Source: Candidatus Melainabacteria bacterium 17Bon1m (GTDB taxonomy: Bacteria; Cyanobacteriota; Vampirovibrionia; Obscuribacterales; Obscuribacteraceae). Taken from it: 64,000 bases of DNA. Shown piece after piece: positions 31,172 to 41,824 of the stretch. The notes under the pieces are model-generated. The model was not told the origin of the DNA, did no database searches, and was given only the letters and a program-made list of their open reading frames with translations. The first letter of the stretch is position 1; the number at the start of each line of letters is the position of its first letter. The stretch lies in contig JAVLKG010000001.1 of the NCBI GenBank assembly GCA_032128875.1, positions 96,001 through 160,000 of the forward strand. Reading direction: 5' to 3'. Position numbers and translations under genes: made by a program.

Positions 31172-31762
31172 TTACTCGCAGGTCTGACCGTGTTTTTTAA
31201 AGTAATCCTGGTGGTAGTCTTCCGCGTCATAGAATTTGCTTGCCGGCTCAATTGCCGTGACTATCGGCTTCGAAAACCGATGCGCGTCATTCAATTGTTT
31301 CTTCAGCTGCAGTGCTTCTTCCTTTTGCGATTCGTCAGTGTAGAACACTACCGATCGATACTGATCGCCGACATCGGGTCCTTGGCGATTCAATGTTGTT
31401 GGATCGTGATTTGCCCAAAATACTTGCAAGAGTTGTTTGAAAGTCGTCTTCTTCGGGTCGTACTCAACCTCAACGGTTTCAACATGTTTGGTCGTGTGAC
31501 TGCAGACTTGTTCGTAAGAAGGGTTTTTTATGGTGCCGCCGGAGTATCCGACTTTCGTTTTCACAACGCCCGGAGCTTTGCTAAAAATGTATTGTACTTT
31601 CCAAAAGCAACCGGCGCCGAAGTAGGCGGTTTTCAGTCCTGAGTTTGTGGAATTGGTTGCGGGTGGTGACTTTGCTTCGGCGATGTACGAGCAAACCAAC
31701 ATGCCTGCCGGTGCGAAAGCAACTACCGCTCCCGCGAGCAAAAGATTAACTATCTTGTTCAT
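31172..31762 (-). CDS. msrA: Peptide-methionine (S)-S-oxide reductase with signal peptide
   Basis: GAGCFW, PSYEQVC, QGPDVGDQYRS and AEDYHQDY motifs; start at ATG 31762. Confidence 0.94.
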   Translation of the reverse strand: MNKIVNLLLAGAVVAFAPAGMLVCSYIAEAKSPPATNSTNSGLKTAYFGAGCFWKVQYIFSKAPGVVKTKVGYSGGTIKNPSYEQVCSHTTKHVETVEVEYDPKKTTFKQLLQVFWANHDPTTLNRQGPDVGDQYRSVVFYTDESQKEEALQLKKQLNDAHRFSKPIVTAIEPASKFYDAEDYHQDYFKKHGQTCE

Positions 31763-31824
31763 TGCATCCCCTTTCAGCCCAATCTCAATATATCCGATCG
31801 TTAGGGGGTGTGCACGGTCAGGCC

Positions 31825-31849
31825 GGGCGATGCATGGCATCGCGCCTAC
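31825..31849 (-). repeat. GTAG-type REP-like palindrome
   Basis: Minus strand reads GTAG-GCGCGATGC-CAT-GCATCGCCC. Confidence 0.5.
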
Positions 31850-31850
31850 A

Positions 31851-31925
31851 CTTACTCTCCGAAACCGGCGTCGCGCTTACTGTCCCAAACCGGCGTCGCG
31901 CTTAATCTCCCAAATTGGCGCCGTT
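31851..31925. repeat. Three 25-bp tandem units at the topB 3' end
   Basis: cttactctccgaaaccggcgtcgcg / cttactgtcccaaaccggcgtcgcg / cttaatctcccaaattggcgccgtt. Confidence 0.75.
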
Positions 31926-34484
31926 TCCATTACCCGCGCCATTTCTATCATCATCGCCGTTTTTCTTCGCCGCTGCTTTTGCAGCGAGTTCTGCTGTGGA
32001 AACAGTGTTGTCGAACTCCAGACGCACCTTGAACTCTTCGTTTAACACTAGGCGCGCATTGTAGGTTCCATTGCCCGATTTCTTCTTAAAGCCCTGGATT
32101 ACTTCAGTGGTGCCCTTTTTTATTATCGATTTGATTTCTTCTTCGGAAAGTTCTTTGCCAAATGCTTCTTTCCAGATGGTGAATTTGCAGCCTTCTCTCC
32201 ATCTGCTGCAGCCGGCAGCTTTCTGATTTAGACGGACGGTGCCTTCTTTGCACTGCGGGCATGTTCCCAAACCGCCGCCGCCACCATTTTCGCCAGGTGT
32301 ACCTGCCATTATTTCTAGCCTGACCTTGAAGTCTTCGGTCAACACCAGGCGTGAATCATATTTGCCGCTGCCGTCTTTCTTCTTGAATCCTTTAATTTCC
32401 TTCGTGATTCGTTTTTCAACCAACTCTTTGATGTGAGTGTCTGTAATTTCCTTTCCGTAAATGTCACGCCAAATCGTGAAATTGCAACCGTCTTTCCATC
32501 GGTTGCAGCCGGCGCCTTTGGGGGTTTGTTTTACGAAACCGACTTTGCATTGTGGGCAAGTGCCGAAGCTCACTTCTCCTTCGCGCGGAACAGAAGGAAT
32601 CGACGCACTTTGACTTGCAACGTCAGGAAGCAGCCGTGACACAAATCCTGCAATATCACTCTCAAAAGAGTTGAGTTGCATTTTTCCGTCCTGCATATCT
32701 GCAAGACCTTGTTCCCAAGTCGCAGTTAGCGCCACGTCTTTCAAATCTTGGTGCACTTGCTGAATAAGTGCACGTCCCTTTTCGGTCGGCATCAAATATT
32801 TTTTCTGGCGCTCAATATAATTCGATTTCAAAAGGCGCTCGATAATTGCCGCGCGCGTAGCGGGAGTCCCCAAGCCCTTTTGCTTCATGTAAGACGCAAG
32901 ATCTTCGTCGTCAATTTCTTGTCCGGCGTTTTTCATCGCTGTTAGTAGGGTTCCATCATCGTAAGGTTTTGGAGCGCTAGTTTTGCCCTTCTTCAATTCC
33001 TCTTTCTGTTTTTCGACTTGCTGACCTTTATCGAGGGGCGGCAGTTGTTGCGCGTCTTCAGAGTTGTCTTTATCTCCGTCCGCTTTCTTCTTGCCTTTAC
33101 CTTTTCCACCTTCTTCGTCTTTTTCTTTCTTTGGTTCTAGCGCAGTCCAACCGGCTTCCTTGATGACAAAACCTTTGGCGCGGAATGAATGTTCGCCGAT
33201 GGTGAGAATAACGGTAGTCTCATCACGAACTTCCGCAGGCATGAAAATGCTTAAGAAGCGCAGTGCAACTAGCGAATAGATGTTGCGCTGCCGCTCAGGC
33301 AAGTTGGCTGACGGTGTGTTGTACGTTGGAATGATTGCGTGGTGATCGGTGAGTTTTGCATCGTCAACGTAGGCTTTGCTCAATTTGGGTTTGATCAGCG
33401 CGGTTGTGATTTTGCCCGGCACAATGCCCTCTTTTTCCATTGCGTCTTTAGCAACTTGAGAGGTCGTTGGCGATTTCAAAACCGTCGAGAGCACGCGCGG
33501 TAATTCTGCCACCATGTCTGTCGACAAGTGACGCGATTCTGTACGCGGATAAGATATGAGCTTATGCTCCTCATACAAGTTTTGTGCGATATCCAGTGTT
33601 TCTTGCGCTGTGTACCCAAATCTCTTGTTCGCTTCCTTTTGAAGTGTCAGCAAATCATAGAGAGCCGGTGGTTTGTTTTTCTTTTCTGTTGTGACAACAG
33701 ATTGAACAAGACCGTGTTTTTCCGGTTTGATGGTATCGACGATTTGTTGTGCTGCAGCTTGGTCGTGAAGCCTGGTTTGCGGCTCTTCCGTGGGGGTAAT
33801 GTAGCGAGCTAAAAATCCTGGTGCGAAACTAACGACAATCTCGAAGAATTGTTTTTCTTTGAAGCTCTCGATTGAAATTTGACGATCGACAATCAAGGCA
33901 AGCGTCGGAGTCTGAACCCGACCAATCGTGCACAACTGCCTGTTCATTGCAGTGTATGCTCGCGTGAAATTCAGCCCAACGACCCAATCCGCATGTGCGC
34001 GGGCAGTTGCAGAATGAGCGAGGTTGTCGAATTCGTCTGACGATTTTAAATTTGCAAGTCCGTCTTTAATCGCATCTGCGGTCAACGAACTTATCCAAAG
34101 GCGCTCCACTGGTTTGTTGCTGCCGGATAGTTTGTAAATCAAGCGGAAGATGTGTTCACCTTCACGCCCGGCGTCTGTTGCGCAAATGATTGAAGTGACC
34201 TTCGGATCTAAAAATAGATTTTTGATGGTGTTGAATTGCGAAACTGTTTTTTCGACGACCTTGTACTTCCACTGGTCGGGAATCATTGGCAATTGCGCCA
34301 TACGCCAAGGACCGCCCCAGGCTGGATTCATATCTTCCGGTTCGGCGATTGTGACCAGGTGCCCGTATGCGTAAGTGACGGCGTAGTCGTTGCCTTCGAA
34401 ATACCCATTTTTCTTTGTGTTGGCGCCCACGACGTTGGCAATGTCGCGCGCAACCGATGGTTTTTCAGCCAGTACGACCTTCAT
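31902..34484 (-). CDS. topB: DNA topoisomerase III with two C-terminal Zn-ribbon repeats
   Basis: LAEKPSVARDIA, ATDAGREGE, GRVQTPTL, catalytic SYPRT and GLGTPATRA; duplicated CPQCK...GCxRW..GCxFTIW. Confidence 0.94.
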   Translation of the reverse strand: MKVVLAEKPSVARDIANVVGANTKKNGYFEGNDYAVTYAYGHLVTIAEPEDMNPAWGGPWRMAQLPMIPDQWKYKVVEKTVSQFNTIKNLFLDPKVTSIICATDAGREGEHIFRLIYKLSGSNKPVERLWISSLTADAIKDGLANLKSSDEFDNLAHSATARAHADWVVGLNFTRAYTAMNRQLCTIGRVQTPTLALIVDRQISIESFKEKQFFEIVVSFAPGFLARYITPTEEPQTRLHDQAAAQQIVDTIKPEKHGLVQSVVTTEKKNKPPALYDLLTLQKEANKRFGYTAQETLDIAQNLYEEHKLISYPRTESRHLSTDMVAELPRVLSTVLKSPTTSQVAKDAMEKEGIVPGKITTALIKPKLSKAYVDDAKLTDHHAIIPTYNTPSANLPERQRNIYSLVALRFLSIFMPAEVRDETTVILTIGEHSFRAKGFVIKEAGWTALEPKKEKDEEGGKGKGKKKADGDKDNSEDAQQLPPLDKGQQVEKQKEELKKGKTSAPKPYDDGTLLTAMKNAGQEIDDEDLASYMKQKGLGTPATRAAIIERLLKSNYIERQKKYLMPTEKGRALIQQVHQDLKDVALTATWEQGLADMQDGKMQLNSFESDIAGFVSRLLPDVASQSASIPSVPREGEVSFGTCPQCKVGFVKQTPKGAGCNRWKDGCNFTIWRDIYGKEITDTHIKELVEKRITKEIKGFKKKDGSGKYDSRLVLTEDFKVRLEIMAGTPGENGGGGGLGTCPQCKEGTVRLNQKAAGCSRWREGCKFTIWKEAFGKELSEEEIKSIIKKGTTEVIQGFKKKSGNGTYNARLVLNEEFKVRLEFDNTVSTAELAAKAAAKKNGDDDRNGAGNGNGANLGD

Positions 34485-34723
34485 GATGCTTATCCTGCAA
34501 TGTTTGCGCCAGTCGCAAATCTTCAGTAGCTATTCTTAAACAAAACCGCGAAAAGGTAAACAATTCCGCGGACTTCTCTGTTTTAAATTTTGATCGGATG
34601 TATCTGCTCTTGCTCTTTGGGATATCTTGGCTGTATGGATGTGGAAACCGATTCCGTTTGAATGAGTTGCGTCTCAACAACGGCACCGGTTTGACACATC
34701 ATCAAAAGCGGGAAATCCTGAGC

Positions 34724-37042
34724 TTATTTAGCAGCTGTTTTACTGTCTATGCTTTCGAGCGTCCTTTTCGCTGAAGAAGCTACGAACATATTGTCGTCCT
34801 CGGACAGGACGGTTAACAGGCGCAGGGGGATGGCTGAATTTGTTGAGAGCGCAAGACGCACGTCGTCGCTTGAGTCTTTGGAGAGGAGCTCAAGGATTTC
34901 ATCTGGTGCGTTTGGATTTTCTCCTATGCTTGTCCGCACGTCGATACTGGAATCTGTTACCAGCTTGAGAAAAATCTCCAGCGGAAGGTTGGCATTCTCT
35001 GCGACGCGGCTGCGTACACGCTCACTGGGATCGTCGGAAAGTTTTTTCAGCGCAACCTCGGAAGTGTGTGGATTTCCCGCTAAAACAAGGCGGATATGCA
35101 ATTCTTCATTTGAACGAGGTTTGTTTTCCGTGCTCTCGTTTTTTTGCAGTTCGTGAATTGCATTTATAAGAGTCGACAGCTTTTCACCAGTAACAGGTTT
35201 TGCGATGTAATAGTTCATTTTGGATCGCAGTGCATCAAGAATATCTTCTTGTCTTTCCGACACAGTTAAGAGCACGACAGGAATACCTTTGAGAGTCGCA
35301 TCTTTGCTAAGCTCTGTCAGGACCTCGTGCCCATTCATGCGAGGCATATTTAAGTCCAGCAACATGATGTCCGGAAGTTTTGAGCCTGAACTCTTCAGTT
35401 CTCTTAAATACTCGAGTGCTTCGACACCATCATTTTTAACCGTGAGACTATATTGAAAATTTGAGTGTTTTAGTGCTTCTTGTGTCAGTCTTACATCCGA
35501 TGGCGTGTCTTCCACTAATAGAATTTCTATTGAATTTAGCATTTTCATTTTTCTGTTTCCCGCCTTTTTTGTTGCGGGCAAAGTAAACAAGAAAATTGCT
35601 CCTTGCCCAAGTTTTGAATCAACCCAAATGTTTCCACCGTGTGTGGTTACGATTTTTTTGCAGATTGCCAGCCCGACGCCTGCACCCGGATACTTTACCT
35701 TTCCGTTTAGGCGGGAGAACATATTGAAGATCTCGTCCGAATATTTGGGATCAATGCCAATGCCGTTGTCTTCAATTGAGAAGAGCCACTTGTTTGCAGA
35801 GGATTCCGCCCTAATGGAAATCTGAAGCGGTTCAACACCGCGATATTTGATAGAGTTACTCAAAAGATTTTGAAACAGTTGAATAACTTGCGTTCGCTCT
35901 ACTGCAACGTTTGGCAATGTTCCTACTTCAATATTCGCACAGGACTCAGCGAAAGACGCGCTGAGATTCTGCATTACCTCATCCAGAATCACATTGCAGT
36001 CCGAATCTGCATTTTGAATTGCATCTGTAGGAATTTGGGAATGAGCAAGCACTGACTTAATCAGAACTTGCATGCGTTTTACTCCATCCAAAATGTAGTC
36101 GATGAATTCTCTGCCGTCGTCATCTAATTTCCCGCTGCTATTGTCTCCAAGTAGTTGTGCAAAACCCTGTATTGTTCTTAGCGGCTCTTGCAAGTCATGA
36201 GCGGCAATCTTTGCAAATTGGTGCAGCTCCTCATTTCTTATAAGGAGTTTTCGAGTGCGTTCTTCAATCAGCGCTTCTAGAGCCTGACTCGACCTTTTCT
36301 GCTCTGAGATGTCCCGCACGAATGTGCATAGAATGAAGTGTGCATCTTCTTTGACTCGAAACATCGTAAGTTCAATTGGAAATTCCTTCCCATCTTTGTG
36401 TGTAGCAATAAGTTCCTTGCTGATTTTGAGAAGTTTTCCTTCGTGATTGGCGAGGAATGCTTCTATGTCTCGCAAATATTTTCGCCGCAAATGCTGAGGA
36501 AGAATGAATGAAAGGTTTTGCCCAAGTGCTTCTCTCTTGCCCCATCCAAATGTTTTTTCCGCCTGTGCATTCCAGTCCGTAATCAATCTTTTGGCGTCCA
36601 TTGATATAAAAGCATCATACGAATTTTCCAAAATAACCCTCAGTCGCTCTTCGCCATTGCGCAAAGCGACTTCATTTCTATTTCTCTCGACGGCGTATTG
36701 CAGACATCGAACAATGGAGTCGTCACTTGCAACACCTTTGAGAAGGCAATCCTGTGCCCCGTCTCTGACGAACTTGAGAGCTAATTCGTGATCTGCATCT
36801 GTAGTGAAAACAACTATCGGAATTCCCAAAGCATTTGCTTGGATGCGATAGAAGGACTCAACCCCGCATCCCTTATTTTCAGTAAATACGCTTAAGAGAA
36901 TCGCATCGACTCGTGTCTTGGCGAGCGCTAACAGCGCTTCTTCGACCGTTGGTGCCACGCTTACTTCAAAGTCATACATTTGCAGCATCGTGCAAAGCGC
37001 GCGCGCTTCTTCGAAGAGATCTTCCACTATGAGAATGTTCAT
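34724..37042 (-). CDS. Hybrid histidine kinase REC-PAS-HisKA-HATPase-REC-LRV repeats
   Basis: AHDLQEPLR, QNLLSNSIKY, GAGVGL, second receiver ILLVEDTPSD...LLDLNMP, and C-terminal LAGNPHT/DPSERVRSRVAEN repeats. Confidence 0.9.
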   Translation of the reverse strand: MNILIVEDLFEEARALCTMLQMYDFEVSVAPTVEEALLALAKTRVDAILLSVFTENKGCGVESFYRIQANALGIPIVVFTTDADHELALKFVRDGAQDCLLKGVASDDSIVRCLQYAVERNRNEVALRNGEERLRVILENSYDAFISMDAKRLITDWNAQAEKTFGWGKREALGQNLSFILPQHLRRKYLRDIEAFLANHEGKLLKISKELIATHKDGKEFPIELTMFRVKEDAHFILCTFVRDISEQKRSSQALEALIEERTRKLLIRNEELHQFAKIAAHDLQEPLRTIQGFAQLLGDNSSGKLDDDGREFIDYILDGVKRMQVLIKSVLAHSQIPTDAIQNADSDCNVILDEVMQNLSASFAESCANIEVGTLPNVAVERTQVIQLFQNLLSNSIKYRGVEPLQISIRAESSANKWLFSIEDNGIGIDPKYSDEIFNMFSRLNGKVKYPGAGVGLAICKKIVTTHGGNIWVDSKLGQGAIFLFTLPATKKAGNRKMKMLNSIEILLVEDTPSDVRLTQEALKHSNFQYSLTVKNDGVEALEYLRELKSSGSKLPDIMLLDLNMPRMNGHEVLTELSKDATLKGIPVVLLTVSERQEDILDALRSKMNYYIAKPVTGEKLSTLINAIHELQKNESTENKPRSNEELHIRLVLAGNPHTSEVALKKLSDDPSERVRSRVAENANLPLEIFLKLVTDSSIDVRTSIGENPNAPDEILELLSKDSSDDVRLALSTNSAIPLRLLTVLSEDDNMFVASSAKRTLESIDSKTAAK

Positions 37043-37538
37043 TTCCTGGCCCTAACTGACGCAGGCGCTTTCGGCTGGGATAGATACCAGTGAATCGTCC
37101 GAATTCTTGCGCACCAACCAAAAATGGTCAGCAGCAAACAAAGCTCGGGTACCCTATCGCTTCCTCTAAGCACCGAGGATCAAGGATTTCTAACCAGCGA
37201 GCATTCCTGACTGTGCGGCTGTAAAAGAATGTCGGCGGCAAATCCGAAGCCGCACGCATATCTTCATTGTGACACAAATCTACAACCTTGCCCAGGTGTC
37301 ACAGGCTCAAGTGTCCGATTGAAAACCTTTGCCAGTTGTTCGTTTCAGCCAGGCCGTTCGGTGTGGCGTTGACTGCCAGTCTGTGCTATTGTAGTTGTAT
37401 GACTACAAATTGTAATCGGTGGGCTGCATGGGCGTCCGGGTTTGGAAACACTGCCTGGCGAGCCGATTTCAGGTTTTGATTTTCGTCTGTGGCTGAAATC
37501 CAGCCTCCATCATCTATTTCATAAAGGCAGACGCGAGA

Positions 37539-38357
37539 ATGTTCGAGTTCCTGGCACTGTTTGTGCTCTTTTATATTTGGCACACGTTTGGTGTCACCAT
37601 TGGTTTGCATCGACTTCTTTCGCATCGTTCCTTTGCTTGCTCAAAGCCAGTTGAGTATTTTTTCGTTTTATCCGGATATCTGGCATTCGAAGGATCACCT
37701 ATGTGGTGGGCGACCATCCATCGTGCGCATCACAGGCATGATGATACAGAACTTGACCCACATTCACCGAAGTACGGTCTATTCAATGCTCACTTAGGTT
37801 GGTTGATGCGGCGTGGCTATCAGAGTCACATCGATCCGGCAGTGCATGCGAAAGACCTGATTAATGACCCTGTTTATCGTTTCCTCGAGCAAGGCGGCTC
37901 GTGGCACCGCGCGCATCTGCTCACAGTGGCAATCTGTTTGGGTTTTCGTCTTTTGATCCTTTTATTTTTTGGCTGGGTACCTGCACTGGCTAGTTTGCTT
38001 GCGGGTTTTGCTGTCTTTCAAGTTCCGCTTATGCTCAATGTTTTGTGCCATATTCCAAAGCTTGGATATAAAACATTTGCCACCAGGGATGATAGCGTCA
38101 ATATTTGGTGGGTTGCAGTACTCGCGTTGGGAGAGGGATGGCACAACAATCATCACGCCAGTCCGGGTTCGGCAAAGACTGGTTTGCTCTTACATGAGTT
38201 CGACCCGTCATGGCTTGTAATCTTGCTTATGAAGAAACTTGCACTAGTCAATCGAGTGAATGTCATAACTTCAGAGAAGCTGCGCCTAAAAATGCCCGTG
38301 CTCGCTTATGCCACTACCAGAAGTGGCAAGCGGCTTGTGCAAAATGTGTCGGAATAA
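37539..38357 (+). CDS. Membrane fatty-acid (delta-9 type) desaturase
   Basis: His boxes HRLLSH, HRAHH and HNNHH. Confidence 0.92.
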   Translation: MFEFLALFVLFYIWHTFGVTIGLHRLLSHRSFACSKPVEYFFVLSGYLAFEGSPMWWATIHRAHHRHDDTELDPHSPKYGLFNAHLGWLMRRGYQSHIDPAVHAKDLINDPVYRFLEQGGSWHRAHLLTVAICLGFRLLILLFFGWVPALASLLAGFAVFQVPLMLNVLCHIPKLGYKTFATRDDSVNIWWVAVLALGEGWHNNHHASPGSAKTGLLLHEFDPSWLVILLMKKLALVNRVNVITSEKLRLKMPVLAYATTRSGKRLVQNVSE

Positions 38358-38365
38358 ACTGCGAA

Positions 38366-38791
38366 TTATTTCGTGTCTGATTTGGCTTCGATTTCTTCAA
38401 GCGTTTTCTTTGCGGCACCGGCGACATACATGTTGTCGTCTTCAGCCAAAGCCTTCAACAGATGAAGCGGAATTGTTGATACGGCCGCAATCGCCAGGCG
38501 CACATCTTCGCTTTCGTCTTTTGCCAACTGTTCGAGAATGTCATCCGGAGCGCTGGGGTTTTCGCAAAGACTTTCGCGAACTTCAACGCTTTCATCTTTC
38601 GCCAGTCTTTTAAAAACGTCTTCCGGCAACCGGGGGTTGGCAGCCAGTCGGCTGCGCACCTTTTCACTCGGGTCGTCCGCCAGCTTCGCAAAAGCGGCAG
38701 GCGTTGTGTGCGGGTTGCCAGCCAATACTATTCTGACGTGAACTTCGTCAGTTGAGCGGACAGCGTCGTTCGCCGACTCCTTGTTATCCAA
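38366..38791 (-). CDS. Stand-alone LRV/HEAT-like repeat protein
   Basis: Repeats LAxDxSxxVRxxL; paralogous to the C-terminus of the 34724 kinase; GAGG RBS before TTG. Confidence 0.82.
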   Translation of the reverse strand: MDNKESANDAVRSTDEVHVRIVLAGNPHTTPAAFAKLADDPSEKVRSRLAANPRLPEDVFKRLAKDESVEVRESLCENPSAPDDILEQLAKDESEDVRLAIAAVSTIPLHLLKALAEDDNMYVAGAAKKTLEEIEAKSDTK

Positions 38792-38936
38792 GCCTCAAAC
38801 CCTCCAATATACGCAACTTTGCGGAATATATCCATTGTGACACACTGTGGAAATCTTGCCCAGTTGAGCCTACCGCGGGTTGGTAAGATAGTACCTATAT
38901 ATGGCGGTATGGCTTGACAAATGATTGATTAACTCG

Positions 38937-40928
38937 ATGGCGGAACTGGACAAAAAGTACTGCCCTTCTTGCTACCGGCAATTTGACGAGGATATTGTCA
39001 AATGCCCGTATGATCGCGCCGAACTGCGCGGGCGCCATAATGATCCGTTAATCGGCAATCTATTCGCCGAACGATACTTAATTGAGTCCGTATTGGGACT
39101 TGGCGGCATGAGCATTGTCTACAAAGCTCAGCATAGTCTGATGAATCGCACAGTCGCCATCAAAATGCTGCATCAAAAACTGAAAGACGATAGCATGGCG
39201 CTCGAACGCTTTAGACTCGAAGCGCAAGCAGCGAGTTCTTTAAACCATCAAAATGTAATAACTGTCTATGACTTTGGTATTTCTCCAACAGGCGAACCAT
39301 TTTTTGTGATGGACTGTCTGAATGGAGAGAGTCTGGAGAATATTATCGACAGAGACGGTCGCATCGAATTCCGGCGCGCGATCAACATATTCAAGCAAGT
39401 CTGCGATGGTCTCGAAGAAGCACACAGAAAGGGCATTGTGCATCGTGATTTGAAGCCTGCGAATGTAATTCTTATGCGTCGCGATGATGGCGGCGATCTC
39501 GTCAAGCTGGTGGATTTTGGAATTGCAAAACTGCTTCCACAAACAGGAAAGGTGCAGCAGCAGCTAACTCGTACCGGTGAAGTATTTGGCAGTCCGATTT
39601 ACATGAGCCCTGAGCAATGCCTTGGGCGTGAATTGGATACGCGCTCTGATATTTATGCACTCGGTTGCCTGATGTACGAAGCCGTTGCTGGTGAGCCGCC
39701 CTTTATTGGCGACAGCTTTTTAGAAACCATGAACATGCACGTGGACAACCATCCGAAACTCATCAGTGAAAAGGCGCCTGATTCTGAAGTGCCCGCTGAG
39801 TTGGAAGCAGCAATTCTTTGCTGCTTGCAGAAAGACCCAGATATTCGCTTTCAAACTGCCGGCGAGCTTAAGGAGGTTCTTTCCAGTGTTGCTTCAGCAT
39901 TAGGTGATGGAAGCACTGCAGCTGGTGGCACTGCCTCTAGGTCTGAAACGCACCCATATGGAAAAGGGAAGCAGAAGCGCGCTCCGGTTGAGATGATTGT
40001 TGTATCAATGGTGGCAAGCGTATTGCTGGTTATGGTTGCATTTGTGGCATTATGGCCTGGTGCTGCGGACGACAGAGGCGCACCACTCGATAAATTGCTC
40101 TGGTCAATTTACTTGTCTGAAGCAGAGGATGACGTTAAGAAGGGCAAGTACGAGAGTGCTGAAAGCAATTTTGCCAAGTCGGAGGAACGCTGCAAGAGGT
40201 TTGGAGATCGCAATCAGCGACTTCAAACAACTTTGCGGTCGAAAACAGTTCTATATGAAAAATGGGAAGGTCATGCTGAGGACTTGGAGAAGGTAAATAA
40301 TCAGATCGCAGCGATTGATACCGAACGCGTCAAGCAAGAGTATTTTGAGCTGATGAAGCTTATGGATACGTTCGAATCGAAGGAGCACTCGGCAGTCTCG
40401 CAAAGCAGCAAAATGCTGAAAGCTGAAGCGGAGATACCGAAATTTGTTTCTGTTTCGTCCAAACTTTACAGTAAAGGTTTGTGGTTGGAGCAAGAGGAAT
40501 TGCTCAAGCGATGTCTCGCGATTGAGAGAAAGCTTGTTGGCGACGACAATCTGATTATCGCGAAACTGGAGACTCGGTTGGCTGAGTGTTTCGTTGCGCA
40601 ACGAAAGTTTTTGCAAGTACGTCAGTTGTTATCGCACGCCCTAAGCGTCTTTGAAAAGCATAGTGGAGACGACCCGAGTTCTGCAGTCGCTGCTCTCAAC
40701 AAGCTTGGACAATTCGACCTGGATCGCAATGATTTCAAGCGCGCTGAGCCTGAGTTGGCTAGTGCTCTCAAGCGCGCCCGCAGATTGTCTAAAAAGGACA
40801 ATGTTCTTCTGCTGTGCCTGCGGAGCTACGCTGATCTATTACAGCTGACCGATCGTGTCCCAGCTGGCGATGTACTCGACAGAGAAGCAGATCTCTTAGA
40901 GAAGAAAATGCCAGTCGACGTACCGTAG
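38937..40928 (+). CDS. Pkn2-type Ser/Thr kinase with TM helix and TPR-like C-terminus
   Basis: LGLGGMS, VAIKML, HRDLKPAN, DFGIAK and YMSPEQ motifs; N-terminal CPSC..CPYD. Confidence 0.93.
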   Translation: MAELDKKYCPSCYRQFDEDIVKCPYDRAELRGRHNDPLIGNLFAERYLIESVLGLGGMSIVYKAQHSLMNRTVAIKMLHQKLKDDSMALERFRLEAQAASSLNHQNVITVYDFGISPTGEPFFVMDCLNGESLENIIDRDGRIEFRRAINIFKQVCDGLEEAHRKGIVHRDLKPANVILMRRDDGGDLVKLVDFGIAKLLPQTGKVQQQLTRTGEVFGSPIYMSPEQCLGRELDTRSDIYALGCLMYEAVAGEPPFIGDSFLETMNMHVDNHPKLISEKAPDSEVPAELEAAILCCLQKDPDIRFQTAGELKEVLSSVASALGDGSTAAGGTASRSETHPYGKGKQKRAPVEMIVVSMVASVLLVMVAFVALWPGAADDRGAPLDKLLWSIYLSEAEDDVKKGKYESAESNFAKSEERCKRFGDRNQRLQTTLRSKTVLYEKWEGHAEDLEKVNNQIAAIDTERVKQEYFELMKLMDTFESKEHSAVSQSSKMLKAEAEIPKFVSVSSKLYSKGLWLEQEELLKRCLAIERKLVGDDNLIIAKLETRLAECFVAQRKFLQVRQLLSHALSVFEKHSGDDPSSAVAALNKLGQFDLDRNDFKRAEPELASALKRARRLSKKDNVLLLCLRSYADLLQLTDRVPAGDVLDREADLLEKKMPVDVP

Positions 40929-40954
40929 CAGAGGTTTTTAATGTGACTTCCAGA

Positions 40955-41803
40955 ATGACAGAAAGAAAGTTCGGCTGCACCGGAAGAGATGTTGCCGTAG
41001 TTGGCCAGGGTACTTGGGAAATTGAAAGATCCGAACGAAAAGAGGCTGTAAAAGCCTTGCGCCAAGGGTTGGATCTTGGAATGACTCATATTGATACCGC
41101 GGAAATGTATGGTGCCGGAGAGTCGGAAGAAATCGTAAGCGAAGCAATTGCTGGGCGCCGCGATGAAGTTTTCCTGGTTTCCAAGGTTTTACCTAGCAAT
41201 GCATCGCGCAAAGGCACTATTGCAGCTTGTGAAAAGTCTTTAGCGCGTCTGAAAACAGACCGGCTTGACTGCTATCTTCTGCACTGGCGCGGACACTACA
41301 AGCTGGGCGACACCATCGAAGCATTCGAAGAATTGAAGCAAGCCGGAAAAATTCTTTCCTGGGGTGTCAGCAACTTCGATGAAGATGATTTGGACGAAGC
41401 TTTGGAAATTGCCGGTGAAGGAAAGATAGCGTGCAATCAAGTTCTTTATCACCTGAAAGAGCGCGCAATCGAACATGCTGTAATTCCATGGTGCGAAAAA
41501 CATAACGTAGCTGTCGTTGGTTATAGCCCGTTTGGTAGCAGGGGCGGATTTCCTGCCGCCAATTCTGCCGGGTTTAAAGCATTGACTGAAGTGGCGGAGG
41601 CGCGCTCTGCATCGGTACATCAGATTGCACTGGCATATCTCACCAGGCGACCGTCACTGTTCTCCATTCCAAAGGCCGCAAAAGCAGAACATTCTGCAGA
41701 CAATTCTGTCGCTGGAAATTTGAAGCTGACAAAAGAAGAAATCGATAAAATTGAAACGGCATTTCCGCTCGGCAAGCGTCCCAGTTCGCTGCCGATGATT
41801 TGA
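40955..41803 (+). CDS. Aldo/keto reductase
   Basis: GQGTW, IDTAEMY, YLLHW, GVSNF and YSPF motifs. Confidence 0.92.
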   Translation: MTERKFGCTGRDVAVVGQGTWEIERSERKEAVKALRQGLDLGMTHIDTAEMYGAGESEEIVSEAIAGRRDEVFLVSKVLPSNASRKGTIAACEKSLARLKTDRLDCYLLHWRGHYKLGDTIEAFEELKQAGKILSWGVSNFDEDDLDEALEIAGEGKIACNQVLYHLKERAIEHAVIPWCEKHNVAVVGYSPFGSRGGFPAANSAGFKALTEVAEARSASVHQIALAYLTRRPSLFSIPKAAKAEHSADNSVAGNLKLTKEEIDKIETAFPLGKRPSSLPMI

Positions 41804-41824
41804 AGCAATACAAAGGAAAACACC

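Noticed and set aside
31070-31642. 190-aa plus-strand ORF
   Set aside because: It is antisense to the clearly recognisable msrA.
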